This document shows positions 1-9,813 of a stretch of 64,000 nt of DNA, one piece after another. The stretch is taken from positions 6,970-70,969 of the IMG/VR virus record IMGVR_UViG_3300032249_000628. One strand, 5' to 3'. This DNA comes from a virus. A program made the translations under genes and the position numbers. Within the stretch, counting starts at the first letter, position 1. Each line of letters begins with the position of its first letter. A model generated the notes under the pieces. The model saw only the letters and a program-made list of their open reading frames with translations, had not been told where the DNA came from and ran no database searches.

Positions 1-228
1 AAAACTTCATACATTGGAACAAAGGACGAGGGAAACAATACAGCTGAAGAAACTATCAAGATCATGCTACAAGATGGTACAACTTTCGATCTAGGAGCAA
101 AGAATAGACTATCATCTGTTACATATGGCGGTGCTGATGCTGGCGGTGGAAACGCCTCCATGACATATAGTTACTCAACATATAATGACTTAACAGTAAT
201 TGGCCCACGCAACAACGCTGGAGAGTAA
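1..228 (+). CDS. C-terminal end of a structural protein, probably the major tail tube protein (partial)
   Basis: Frame 1 is open from base 1 to TAA at 226-228 (…TFDLGAKNRLSSVTYGGADAGGGNASMTYSYSTYNDLTV…). It is beta-strand-like and lies directly upstream of the chaperone-like genes and TMP, the usual tail tube position. Confidence 0.5.
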   Translation, partial: KTSYIGTKDEGNNTAEETIKIMLQDGTTFDLGAKNRLSSVTYGGADAGGGNASMTYSYSTYNDLTVIGPRNNAGE

Positions 229-307
229 TAATCTCTCAAACGCCATACAATTAGTTAATTAGGATTTTAAAGGAAACAAAATAGAAGACTCCTGCCATGA
301 GGTTTTT

Positions 308-1357
308 ATGAAACAGCATGAGCGGGAGTTTTTTATTGCTATGATAAGAACAGGAAATACATTTATAAAAACAGACGATTGCTCTTTAGTTGTTAAGCCT
401 CTTACAATTGATCAAGCTTACGAAGCCTCAGATGTTTATCAGCAAGCTTATCAACAGGCTTACATTGACGGCATGATGAGCGAAGAGGAAATGAATCAAT
501 GGATGATAGAAAATAATTTATGGACAGATGAGGACGAAGAAAAATCAGAGGGATTCAAGAAGGATTTAGAAAGACTCAAAATTGAGATATACAACGCTAG
601 AAATAATGAAACTCTAAAAGAACGTATTAGATTGTACTTAAGGGCGGGCGAATCTCAGTTTGGTCATCACTTATCTAAGAAACATGTTTATCATCAAAAT
701 ACAGCAGAGGGTTATGCTACAACAGAAAAAGTAGCTTGGTCTATTAAAAACTCAACATTTGTTAATAATGAGCTATATGATTTTTCAGACCACACCTTGG
801 CTTATATTGTTGAGGAATGGCAATCATCATTTCTGCACGATTCCCATATTAGAGAACTTGCTAGAAATGAACCTTGGAAATCGTTATGGGTAGTTAGGGA
901 TAATACAAAAATAAGGTTATTCAATAACTCTGAAAATTCAGAATTAACGTATAATCAGAAAAATCTTATCATTTGGTCACAAATGTATGACAATATTCAA
1001 GAGTCACTAGACTGCCCAAACAAAGATGTTATAGATGATGACGATATGCTAGATGGTTGGTTTATCATACAGTCTAAGAAGCGAGAGCAAGAAAAAGCAG
1101 AACAAGATATTAACGAAGCAAGTAAAAATAGTAAAATTAAAAATGCATCAGAAGTATTCGTAATGGCTAATACTAAAAAGGATGCCGATAGAATAAATAG
1201 TGTTAATACAATGCATTCTCAAGTTATTAAAAAGCAAAGAGATACAATGCTAAAGCAAAAAGGCACCGTCAATGATCACGATTTTGTTGATCAAAGACAA
1301 AAAATCCAAATGGAACAAACAAATATGCTCAGAGGGAATATTAAAGGAGGACGATAA
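308..1357 (+). CDS. Putative tail assembly chaperone, long paralogue (GT-like)
   Basis: Lies between the tube-like gene and TMP. Its N-terminal ~155 aa align by eye with 1719..2585 (DG[MI]M, W, QNTAE, NSTF). It has an extra C-terminal region (YDNIQESLDCP…DDDMLDGWF). Confidence 0.5.
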   Translation: MKQHEREFFIAMIRTGNTFIKTDDCSLVVKPLTIDQAYEASDVYQQAYQQAYIDGMMSEEEMNQWMIENNLWTDEDEEKSEGFKKDLERLKIEIYNARNNETLKERIRLYLRAGESQFGHHLSKKHVYHQNTAEGYATTEKVAWSIKNSTFVNNELYDFSDHTLAYIVEEWQSSFLHDSHIRELARNEPWKSLWVVRDNTKIRLFNNSENSELTYNQKNLIIWSQMYDNIQESLDCPNKDVIDDDDMLDGWFIIQSKKREQEKAEQDINEASKNSKIKNASEVFVMANTKKDADRINSVNTMHSQVIKKQRDTMLKQKGTVNDHDFVDQRQKIQMEQTNMLRGNIKGGR

Positions 1358-1707
1358 TGGACGATATCAAACAACAAGTTTCAGAATATAAAAAGCTTAG
1401 AGAAACAAAGTACAAGGCAGATTCAAAAGAAAGACTGTCCAAAATTCTTAAAAAGAAAATTCAAACTACTATGATTGGCGCACTTAGCACAATCGAAGAA
1501 AATTTTGGATTTTTATGGAATAGCCCAGATGGTAAGTTGACCAAAGAACAAGAGGCTATGAAGAATCTATATAATAAAATTCGTTCAGATATATTAGATA
1601 AAGGAAATAACCAAGCAAGAAATATTGATGCCGAGTTGGCTCAGTATGATATTGAGTGGTTAAGATATTCGATTAAGATGCCCGTTATTCAACAACCAAA
1701 GAACTAA
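1357..1707 (+). CDS. Hypothetical helical protein in the tail chaperone locus
   Basis: 116-aa ORF with an AGGAGG RBS and a TAATG overlap with the upstream gene. Confidence 0.7.
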   Translation: MDDIKQQVSEYKKLRETKYKADSKERLSKILKKKIQTTMIGALSTIEENFGFLWNSPDGKLTKEQEAMKNLYNKIRSDILDKGNNQARNIDAELAQYDIEWLRYSIKMPVIQQPKN

Positions 1708-1718
1708 GGAGGAAACAC

Positions 1719-2585
1719 ATGTCACAGGACAAGGAAAAGAAAATTGATGTTAGCGTAAAAAGAGGTGATACCGAAGAAATCGTTAAAATCTTGGTTCGTC
1801 GCCCCAATAATGCTGTTATGTCTCAGGCACAAAGAGTCGGAGCAAAAGCTTGGACAGATTGCGTCAGAGATGGAATTATGACGAAGAAAGAACTAGAAAA
1901 GTTCATGAAAGAGCAAGATATTTGGAACGATGGCAAAGACGAAGAGCAAAAGAAGATAGTTAAGGAAATTAGCGATCTAGAAAAGCAGCTTTTCGTTAGC
2001 GGCACCCACAAGGATGGCAAACTTAGAGCCTCAGAGGGCAAGGATATTGCTATCCAGATGAGAGTAAAGAGGGCAGAATTACGAGACTTCATTGCTGAAA
2101 GAATGAGCCTAGAACAGAACACCGCCGAGGCTATTTCAGATAATGCTAGATTCGACTTTTTAGTATCAAATTCCACATTTTATGAAAATGGTCAGAAAGT
2201 GTATAAAGACTTGGATGACTATAAGGAAAATTCTGATGGAGAAATAGGTTTTGCGGCTGCTACAGCTTTGGCTTCGATGCTATACGCTGTAGATAAGGAC
2301 TTCGAATCTAAACTCCCAGAAAATAAATTTCTTAAAATGTTCAAGCTTGTCGATGACAATCTTAGTCTTGTCAACGATAAGGGTGAAACAGTTGACCTAG
2401 ATGGCAGAAGAATAGATAAAAGTGGTTATTATATCAATGAAACTGGTCATCGTGTAGACAGAGATGGTAATCCACTAGACGAGTTTGGAAATTACGTACC
2501 AACCGTGGAATATGTTAATGATATAAAGGAAGAAGTAAAGTCCGAAGATCAACCAAAAAAAAGAACCAAACACACGGCTAGTTAA
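1719..2585 (+). CDS. Putative tail assembly chaperone (G-like)
   Basis: AAGGAGG RBS; immediately upstream of TMP; charged and helical; paralogous to 308..1357. Confidence 0.55.
   Translation: MSQDKEKKIDVSVKRGDTEEIVKILVRRPNNAVMSQAQRVGAKAWTDCVRDGIMTKKELEKFMKEQDIWNDGKDEEQKKIVKEISDLEKQLFVSGTHKDGKLRASEGKDIAIQMRVKRAELRDFIAERMSLEQNTAEAISDNARFDFLVSNSTFYENGQKVYKDLDDYKENSDGEIGFAAATALASMLYAVDKDFESKLPENKFLKMFKLVDDNLSLVNDKGETVDLDGRRIDKSGYYINETGHRVDRDGNPLDEFGNYVPTVEYVNDIKEEVKSEDQPKKRTKHTAS
2370..2495 (+). repeat. Six tandem 7-aa repeats h-[DN]-x-x-G-x-x
   Basis: VNDKGET VDLDGRR IDKSGYY INETGHR VDRDGNP LDEFGNY, read directly from the translation. Confidence 0.85.
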
Positions 2586-2618
2586 GGGATAGTGTGCAGT
2601 TTTTAGTGAAAGGGAATT

Positions 2619-5600
2619 ATGTCCAGATTCGTACTAACTGCACAATTACAATTACAAGCACCTAACAATGTAGCACAAGTAGTTCGCCAGATACAAAACC
2701 AGTTAAATGGCGTAACTGTTAATCTACAGGTTCAAGGTGCTGCACAAGCACAACGACAGATACAGCAAGTAACTCAGAACGTCAATCAAGCCACAACAGC
2801 GGCTGAAAGGATGGGACGAGCATTTGCTGTATCAGTTCGTCGTTTTGCCGCATTCTCTATTGCCACAAGAGCGGTAGGTTTATTTACTAGCACTCTTGGA
2901 GATGCTGTACAAACCGCTATTAACTTTGAAAGACAATTAATCAAAGTTTCTCAAGTTACAGGTAAGAGTGTTAGTCAACTTAGAGGACTAACTGATGAGA
3001 TCACCAGATTATCTACGGGTCTTGGTGTTTCATCAGACTCATTATTGGAAGTATCTACAGTCTTAGCACAGGCTGGTCTTTCTGCTAATGATACTAAAAT
3101 TGCTTTAAATGCTTTAGCAAAAGCTGCTCTTGCTCCTAACTTTGATAGCATCACAGAAACAGCGGAAGGTGCTATTGCTATTTTAGCACAATTCCAAGAA
3201 GGCGTTGGAGCATTAGAAAGACAACTTGGTTCTATTAATGCCGTTGCCGGTGCGTTCGCAGTAGAAGCTGGTGACTTAATTGACGTTGTTCGTAGAACCG
3301 GCGGTGTGTTTAAATCTTCTGGTGGTAGTCTAAACGAGCTACTTGCGTTATTTACATCAGTAAGAGCCACAACGCGAGAAAGTGCTGAAAGTATTGGTAC
3401 TGGTTTGCGTACCATTTTTACTCGTATTCAGCGACCCAAAACCATTGAATTCTTAAAACAATTTGGCGTTGAGCTTGTTGATCTTGAAGGTAAGTTCGTT
3501 GGTCCATTTGAAGCAGTTAAAAGACTTAGTGAAGGTTTAGCTGGTCTTGGTGAACGAGATATTACTTTTATCAAAATTGCAGAAGAACTTGGTGGATTCC
3601 GTCAGATCGGTAAAGTATTACCACTATTACAACAATTCTCTACTGCTCAAGCCGCACTGAATGTTGCTACCAAAGCTAGCAACTCTTTAAGTTCAGATGC
3701 AGCATCTGCACAAGCCGCATTAGCTATCAGAATAATCAAAGTCAAAGAAGAGTTTTTGGCCTTGGTTCGTAGCATAACAGAAACATCTACATTCCAAGGA
3801 TTTGCTAATACTGCACTATCACTAGCATCTGCTCTTATTAAACTAGCAGAGTCTATCAAGCCGCTTATTCCATTATTGGGAGCTATGGCTGCTATTAAAT
3901 TAACTAAGGGTATTGGTGGATTCTTAGGAGGTGTTAGTGGGGGATTATCTTCTGGAAGAACCTTTAACAAGGGTGGCAAAGTTCATAAGTTTGCTAGAGG
4001 TGGAATGGTTCCCGGTTCTGGAAATAGAGACACTGTTCCAGCAATGCTACAGCCGGGAGAATTTGTAATACGAAAGAGCAGTGTGAATAGGTTAGGTGCA
4101 GGAAACCTTGCTGCTATGAATGAGAATAAATATGCAGCGGGCGGTTTGGTAAATATAAATAGGGCCGCTTATGGCTCAACTGTTCCAGCATCAATATATA
4201 AAAGAGCTAAAGGACAATTTTCTGAATCTGCATGGAGGAAAATGTCTCAAGATGAAAGAGATCAAGCTGCTGCCAGTTTAGCCAATAAAATGTCACAGCG
4301 ACAAAAAACTAGTAAAAAAGATGCAGATAAATTAGCTAAAGATCGCAAAAAAACTTTGGATAAATATCCCGGTGGAGCATTTACAACTAGACCAAAAAGT
4401 ATCGGTGGTTTTTTTCTTACTCCAGAGATGGGTACAGACGGAAAGTATTCCTTGCCAACAGATAGGGTATTTGAATTAAATGGACAAAAAGCTGCTATCC
4501 TACAGGGATCAACCATAGAAAACTATGTTCCATTTCGTGGAGATTTAGCTAAAAATTCAGCAATAAATAATATTGTAGATTCTAATGCCCAAAAGGGTAT
4601 TTCAGATGCTGTGACTAATGCTTCTAATCAAATTGGTAATTTGCTAAATACATCACAAATTGCGATTAATAAAAATAGAATTCAGAAAGCTGCCGCTAAG
4701 TCTTCATCTGATAAACAAGTATATTCTACTCTTGGTGGATATATGTATGAGGGAATTATTCAAGGTTTAACTGGATCAAAATTAAGTGGTGGTCAAATTG
4801 ATTTTGATTTTAATAGTTTAACTGGCAATAATAAAAAATCTCTCTCTTCATTCTTTGGTAGAAATGAATCAGAATTTGCTGGGTTAATCAAAGCTGACGC
4901 CAAGAGAGCTTTGAATTCCAAGATGAATAGCTCTATATTTGATAAAGTCGCTAATAGTATTACCAAGGGTGATATGAGAGGCGTTAAAAAACTAGGTGAG
5001 CTTCGACAAACCAAAAAATATTTTGGTGGCTTAATTCAAAAATTTGCTGCTGGTGGTATGGCTCAAGCCCCACTAATTGATGATATTATCAATGCTAGCG
5101 GCACAGTAATGCCTCGTCCAAGTTCTGCCATAGCAGCACTTATTAAAGCTGGCGGCGGTGCTATTGATATTGATAGAACTCTAAAAAGAACGATTGGTGA
5201 CAAAGCTTATGGTATGGCTAAAACATCCGGCCAACAATCAGCAGCGTTAAATAAATACTTCCGCGATCCAAACGCTAGACTAAAAGATGTTACATCTGCT
5301 CCTCTAACAGTATTTGGCAAAGAACTACAAACAGCTATAAAATCTGGACAATTACAACCCGGTAAATTATCTATTATTAGTAAATCTCAAAGAGTGCCGG
5401 GAGTTGCAGAGTATCTTAGTAAATTATTTGGAATACCACTCGCTAATATGATATTCACTCAGGGTGGTAGCAAACAGCCAGCAATGGACGCTTTAAGAGC
5501 CAAGGGTCCAAGGTCAACAAGAGTTGCTAGATTTGCTACTGGAGGTGGAGTTGGAACTGATACCGTTCCAGCATTATTAACTCCCGGTGAGTTTGTTATA

Positions 5601-8600
5601 AACCGCACTTCTGCCTCAAAAATTGGTTACGGTAATTTAAACCGTATGAATAAAGTTGGTAGATATGCCAAAGGAGGCGTTGTTCAGCAATATGCTACTG
5701 GAACTCCTATGGTGGGGGCGCAACCAGCACGAAGTTCTAGTAATCCAAATATTGTAGCATTTGCATCATTGCAAGCACTTGGTCAGCAGGCTCAAGTTGT
5801 ATCACAAGCGCAGCAGCAACAAGCTCAAGCAACTCAACAAAATACACAAGCTCAACAGCAAAATAGAAGAAGTATAGTAGAAACAGCAGCAGCAAATAAA
5901 ATGCTGGTTGCATCTATGACTGTGGGCTTTTTACAAAGTATGTTACCAGCGCTTGATGAAAATGCATCTGGATTAACTCGCGCTTCACACAGTTTGTTAG
6001 GTTTAGTAACTACTATAACATCGGTTGGTTTCGCTTTAGAAGCTTTCAATATACAACTGAAAACTAAAGCTATTTTTGATTTTATTGGTGGAACTAAATC
6101 TGCTTCTCAAACCCTTAAGTCATTACCACAACTTAAAACACTTATGGGTGGTTTTAATAGAGGTATGTCTGGTTCTACTAAACAGGCCACAACAGCACTC
6201 GGAAAAGTTGGTCAAAATGTTGGTTCTGTAGTAAGCAAAGGAAGAAATGCAGCATCTTCTATCGGTAATAGGTTAGGATCATTTGGATCATCGATAAATC
6301 AATCTCAAATAGGTAGAGGATTTAGTGCTGGATTAAATAGTCCAAATGCTACTTTTGGTAGAATAGCTAATAGTTCAAGAGGTATCGGAGCAAAAGCTGG
6401 AGGATTTGTTGGTAGGTCTTTAAGTGTTGGTGGTCAAGCTTTATCCAGAATACCCGGAGCTGGATTAATTGGTAAAGGATTATCTTCTGCTGCAAGTTTT
6501 GCTGGCAGTACCGGATCGCAATTTACAAAAGGGGTCGGTGCTACACTAAAAAATCCTGCAAAAACTATAATCGGTAGTGGAGCTTCTACATCCGCACAAG
6601 CCGGTGGATTTGTTGGTAAAGGTTTAGCCAATCTAAATAAACTTGGCGGTGCAGCACTAGGTGTAGGTTTAGCTTTTACTGGAATAACATCAATCGTTGA
6701 TTCGTTCAGTGACTATCAAGGTCAAGCAAATAAAGCTATTCAAGAAGGTAATATCGAGAAAGCTAAATCAAATTCTGTAGAAGCTGTTGGATCAGAGGCT
6801 GTAAATAGTCTTGGTTCATCGATCATAGCTGCTAGTGCGATTTTTGGCCCCTTTGGACTTGCTGCTGGAGCGGCAGCGGCTGGGTTATTAAAATTAGGCA
6901 GTGAACTTCCGGGTGTTGGTCCATCAATTAAAAAATTTGCAATTGGTATTGGAACATTCTTTGGCGGTAATACTTTAAATAGTATTGAGACATTAGCTTC
7001 TGCACAAGCTCAAGCAGTTAAAACGCAAAAGGCTTTTGAGCAAGGGCAAAAAGATGCAGCTTCTGCTTTAGAAGATTTACAAAATGGCACTATTAGTGCT
7101 AGTGAAGCTCTTGGTAAAATTGCTAATGTTCAAACTTCTAGACAGGCTATGCAAACGGCCAATGAAAAAGCTGTTGAAGCTAATAAAGGTAATAAGAGCG
7201 GGGCTGTTGGAGGCTTCTTGCGTGGTACAGCTAGAGTTGCAACACTAGGTTTAGCTGGATATTTTGGTTTAGAATCTGGCAAACAAAGAAATCAAAGAAT
7301 TGATAAAGAAAATGCAGGCATGATTAAGCAAAATGCTGAAGCCGAAAGAAAAGCATTTGAAATTTCTCGTCCCGTTGTTAATGAAAGCATGAAACGCGGC
7401 ATTGCTCAAGGCATGAGCCGCGATCAAATTGATGAACAGCTTGGTGCCAATTCTCCGGGTGCCATGAGAAGCAGAATGAGTCAATTAAGAATAAAGGCAT
7501 CACAAGCAGATATTGCTGGAAATACAGAAGAAGCTAATGCTTTTAGAGAGCAAGCTTCTATACTAGAAGAACAAGCTAGAGAGCTAGATAAGTCTTTTGA
7601 AAATTTACAAAAAGAAGCTGAAAGAACTCAAAAAGCTTTTGACGCTATGAACCTTGGTATGCAAGATGTTCAAGGTGCCGCCGCTGCCGCTTCTCTAGGA
7701 ATTACTAATTACATTGCTTCTCAACAAGCTGGAAATATACCATTACAACAATCATTAGCTGTTTTAGAAGCTAGCGTAACTTCTGCGGCTCAAGGTATTA
7801 GTAATGCTGATTTTGATGCTGCATTTAGTGACGCAGAAGCGACTCTAAGAAAATTTGGAGCAAATGACGAACAGATAAACAAGTTTAAGGGGAACCTTAA
7901 GGCTGTAAATGAAGTTCAAAAGAATTCTGCTACTCTATTTGAGGAAACAAAAAATGATCTCAAGGGAAGATTAAGTTCTGGAAGTGCTGATGACAGAAGA
8001 AAAGCCTTTGGAAACATACTTGGACAGAATTTAGCTAGTCAAAAAGATGCCGCTGGAAATCGCCTCTATGATGATGATACTATTAAGCGACTACAGGATC
8101 AAATTGGCACACTTAGCGAAGACCAAATAAATGAATTAGGTAAAGGAAACTTCACTGTTTTCGAACAAGTGATGGGCGATCTTGGCAAGAAAGTTCTTGA
8201 TCAAGTAAATGGTCCACTTAATGATGCCATAAAAATTCAAGAACAACTCAATCAGCTTACTAAAAATAGAATAGAAGCTGAAAGACAGTTAATGTCTGCA
8301 CAGCAAGAAGCTTTAAATGTGCAGATGGAAGCAAGAGATATTGAAGCAAAGTATGGCGGTAAAGCTGTTACGCCAGAAGAAAGACGAGCTAATATTGTAG
8401 CTCAAGCAAACGTACAAGCAACTGGAATTAGCGGTGTTGATAATCTTAAAACTGGAAGTGCTGCCGAAATTGCTAAGAGAACACAACAGATGGGAGCAAG
8501 ACAGCAAGAAATAGCTAATATTAGAGCGGCTGCTGGACAGGGTGATAAAGCTGCACAAGCTCAATTAGCTGGAGATGCTGGATTAAAATTAGAGGAAGAA

Positions 8601-9812
8601 GAAAAACGTCTTAATGAGGCTGCTAGAAGTCAAATACAAACAACTAGAGATTTAATCAAGGCCAAAGAAGAAGAATTAAAGACAATAGAGGAAAAGAATA
8701 AGCTTGAAAAGCAATCTATGGAATCTCTTATTAATGGAGATATAGAGAAATTCTTCGACCAACAGGCGGCGGTTGGTGCTACAGCCGCTATTGCAACGGG
8801 AAATCAAGACCTTATGAATGCTTTTGGAGCAACGGCTCTTGCTGGTGCTTATTCCGATATTGAAAGACAAAAAGAAGCCGGTGTTCAAGAAATATATGGT
8901 CAACGCATTGCTGGTCCGGGTGGTTTGGGTGAATCAGCCGCCACAGCAGCATTAGCAGCAAGAGGTGTTCAAAATCCAGCCGCAGCACAAATGTTAGCAG
9001 GAACTACTCCAGCAGAAGAAGCTGTAAAGAGTGACATACGCGCATTGGCTGCTACTATGAGTCCAACAGCTGATTTACAAGTATCAGCCGCACAATATCA
9101 ATTGGATGCTGCTAATATACAATTACAAGCTGCTCAGAAGAAGGCAGACGAAGCGATAAGTAATACTAGAGACAGAGAAATGGCACCACAGGTTAATCAG
9201 AGTGCTGAATCCGAAAGAGCTTCTAGAGATGCTGAAGCTGCTAGTAGGGGTCGTGAGCCTACAATGTTCAGAAATGGCGGAACCGTGTATGCAAATAGGG
9301 GTATCTTCGTTCCCCGTGGAACAGATACTGTTCCCGCGATGTTAACACCCGGAGAGTTTGTTGTAAGAAGAGAAGCTGTAAATAGAGGTAATAATTTACA
9401 ACTATTACAAGCAATGAATAATGGTTTAAGCGGTTCTGCTGGAGCATCAGCGGGTGTTCAAAACTTTGCCAGAGGTGGTAAAGTACAGTATTTAGCTGGA
9501 GGAGGATTACTAAACGGAATAGTCCAGAATATTCTAGGTACTGATGTTATTGGTATGCTTACCAAGGCATTGACATCATTTACTTCTCAAATGTCGGATA
9601 CTATCAAATCTTTACAAGATACTAAGTTTAAAATCACATTAGATAGCACAAATGTTAATGTGAATATTTCTGGAAATAGTAGCCTCCTTGGAGGATTAAC
9701 ACAAGAAACAAGAAGTGAAATCGCAAAAATTGTTTCAGATAAGATTAAAAATACCAGCGTTGGTTCTGGTGGTAAACTTGTAGAGAATACATCAACGATG
9801 CCCAAGGGATAA
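2619..9812 (+). CDS. Tail tape measure protein (TP901-like N-terminal core) with internal inserted segments
   Basis: 2,397 aa, rich in Ala/Gln/Gly. N-terminal TMP core (FERQLIKVSQVTG…LAQAG…ESAESIGTGLRTIFTRI). Three DTVPA[ML]LxPGEFV modules of the type common at TMP C-termini. Hydrophobic central segments. Confidence 0.92.
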   Translation: MSRFVLTAQLQLQAPNNVAQVVRQIQNQLNGVTVNLQVQGAAQAQRQIQQVTQNVNQATTAAERMGRAFAVSVRRFAAFSIATRAVGLFTSTLGDAVQTAINFERQLIKVSQVTGKSVSQLRGLTDEITRLSTGLGVSSDSLLEVSTVLAQAGLSANDTKIALNALAKAALAPNFDSITETAEGAIAILAQFQEGVGALERQLGSINAVAGAFAVEAGDLIDVVRRTGGVFKSSGGSLNELLALFTSVRATTRESAESIGTGLRTIFTRIQRPKTIEFLKQFGVELVDLEGKFVGPFEAVKRLSEGLAGLGERDITFIKIAEELGGFRQIGKVLPLLQQFSTAQAALNVATKASNSLSSDAASAQAALAIRIIKVKEEFLALVRSITETSTFQGFANTALSLASALIKLAESIKPLIPLLGAMAAIKLTKGIGGFLGGVSGGLSSGRTFNKGGKVHKFARGGMVPGSGNRDTVPAMLQPGEFVIRKSSVNRLGAGNLAAMNENKYAAGGLVNINRAAYGSTVPASIYKRAKGQFSESAWRKMSQDERDQAAASLANKMSQRQKTSKKDADKLAKDRKKTLDKYPGGAFTTRPKSIGGFFLTPEMGTDGKYSLPTDRVFELNGQKAAILQGSTIENYVPFRGDLAKNSAINNIVDSNAQKGISDAVTNASNQIGNLLNTSQIAINKNRIQKAAAKSSSDKQVYSTLGGYMYEGIIQGLTGSKLSGGQIDFDFNSLTGNNKKSLSSFFGRNESEFAGLIKADAKRALNSKMNSSIFDKVANSITKGDMRGVKKLGELRQTKKYFGGLIQKFAAGGMAQAPLIDDIINASGTVMPRPSSAIAALIKAGGGAIDIDRTLKRTIGDKAYGMAKTSGQQSAALNKYFRDPNARLKDVTSAPLTVFGKELQTAIKSGQLQPGKLSIISKSQRVPGVAEYLSKLFGIPLANMIFTQGGSKQPAMDALRAKGPRSTRVARFATGGGVGTDTVPALLTPGEFVINRTSASKIGYGNLNRMNKVGRYAKGGVVQQYATGTPMVGAQPARSSSNPNIVAFASLQALGQQAQVVSQAQQQQAQATQQNTQAQQQNRRSIVETAAANKMLVASMTVGFLQSMLPALDENASGLTRASHSLLGLVTTITSVGFALEAFNIQLKTKAIFDFIGGTKSASQTLKSLPQLKTLMGGFNRGMSGSTKQATTALGKVGQNVGSVVSKGRNAASSIGNRLGSFGSSINQSQIGRGFSAGLNSPNATFGRIANSSRGIGAKAGGFVGRSLSVGGQALSRIPGAGLIGKGLSSAASFAGSTGSQFTKGVGATLKNPAKTIIGSGASTSAQAGGFVGKGLANLNKLGGAALGVGLAFTGITSIVDSFSDYQGQANKAIQEGNIEKAKSNSVEAVGSEAVNSLGSSIIAASAIFGPFGLAAGAAAAGLLKLGSELPGVGPSIKKFAIGIGTFFGGNTLNSIETLASAQAQAVKTQKAFEQGQKDAASALEDLQNGTISASEALGKIANVQTSRQAMQTANEKAVEANKGNKSGAVGGFLRGTARVATLGLAGYFGLESGKQRNQRIDKENAGMIKQNAEAERKAFEISRPVVNESMKRGIAQGMSRDQIDEQLGANSPGAMRSRMSQLRIKASQADIAGNTEEANAFREQASILEEQARELDKSFENLQKEAERTQKAFDAMNLGMQDVQGAAAAASLGITNYIASQQAGNIPLQQSLAVLEASVTSAAQGISNADFDAAFSDAEATLRKFGANDEQINKFKGNLKAVNEVQKNSATLFEETKNDLKGRLSSGSADDRRKAFGNILGQNLASQKDAAGNRLYDDDTIKRLQDQIGTLSEDQINELGKGNFTVFEQVMGDLGKKVLDQVNGPLNDAIKIQEQLNQLTKNRIEAERQLMSAQQEALNVQMEARDIEAKYGGKAVTPEERRANIVAQANVQATGISGVDNLKTGSAAEIAKRTQQMGARQQEIANIRAAAGQGDKAAQAQLAGDAGLKLEEEEKRLNEAARSQIQTTRDLIKAKEEELKTIEEKNKLEKQSMESLINGDIEKFFDQQAAVGATAAIATGNQDLMNAFGATALAGAYSDIERQKEAGVQEIYGQRIAGPGGLGESAATAALAARGVQNPAAAQMLAGTTPAEEAVKSDIRALAATMSPTADLQVSAAQYQLDAANIQLQAAQKKADEAISNTRDREMAPQVNQSAESERASRDAEAASRGREPTMFRNGGTVYANRGIFVPRGTDTVPAMLTPGEFVVRREAVNRGNNLQLLQAMNNGLSGSAGASAGVQNFARGGKVQYLAGGGLLNGIVQNILGTDVIGMLTKALTSFTSQMSDTIKSLQDTKFKITLDSTNVNVNISGNSSLLGGLTQETRSEIAKIVSDKIKNTSVGSGGKLVENTSTMPKG

Positions 9813-9813
9813 A

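Noticed and set aside
229-307. Structured RNA or tRNA in an intergenic gap of the + arm
   Set aside because: Only 79 nt, AT-rich, with no cloverleaf or convincing stem.
2555-2562. A-run near the end of the pre-TMP gene as a G/GT slippery site
   Set aside because: Both shifted frames reach TAG within 10 codons, and in-frame TAG TGA block readthrough into the TMP.
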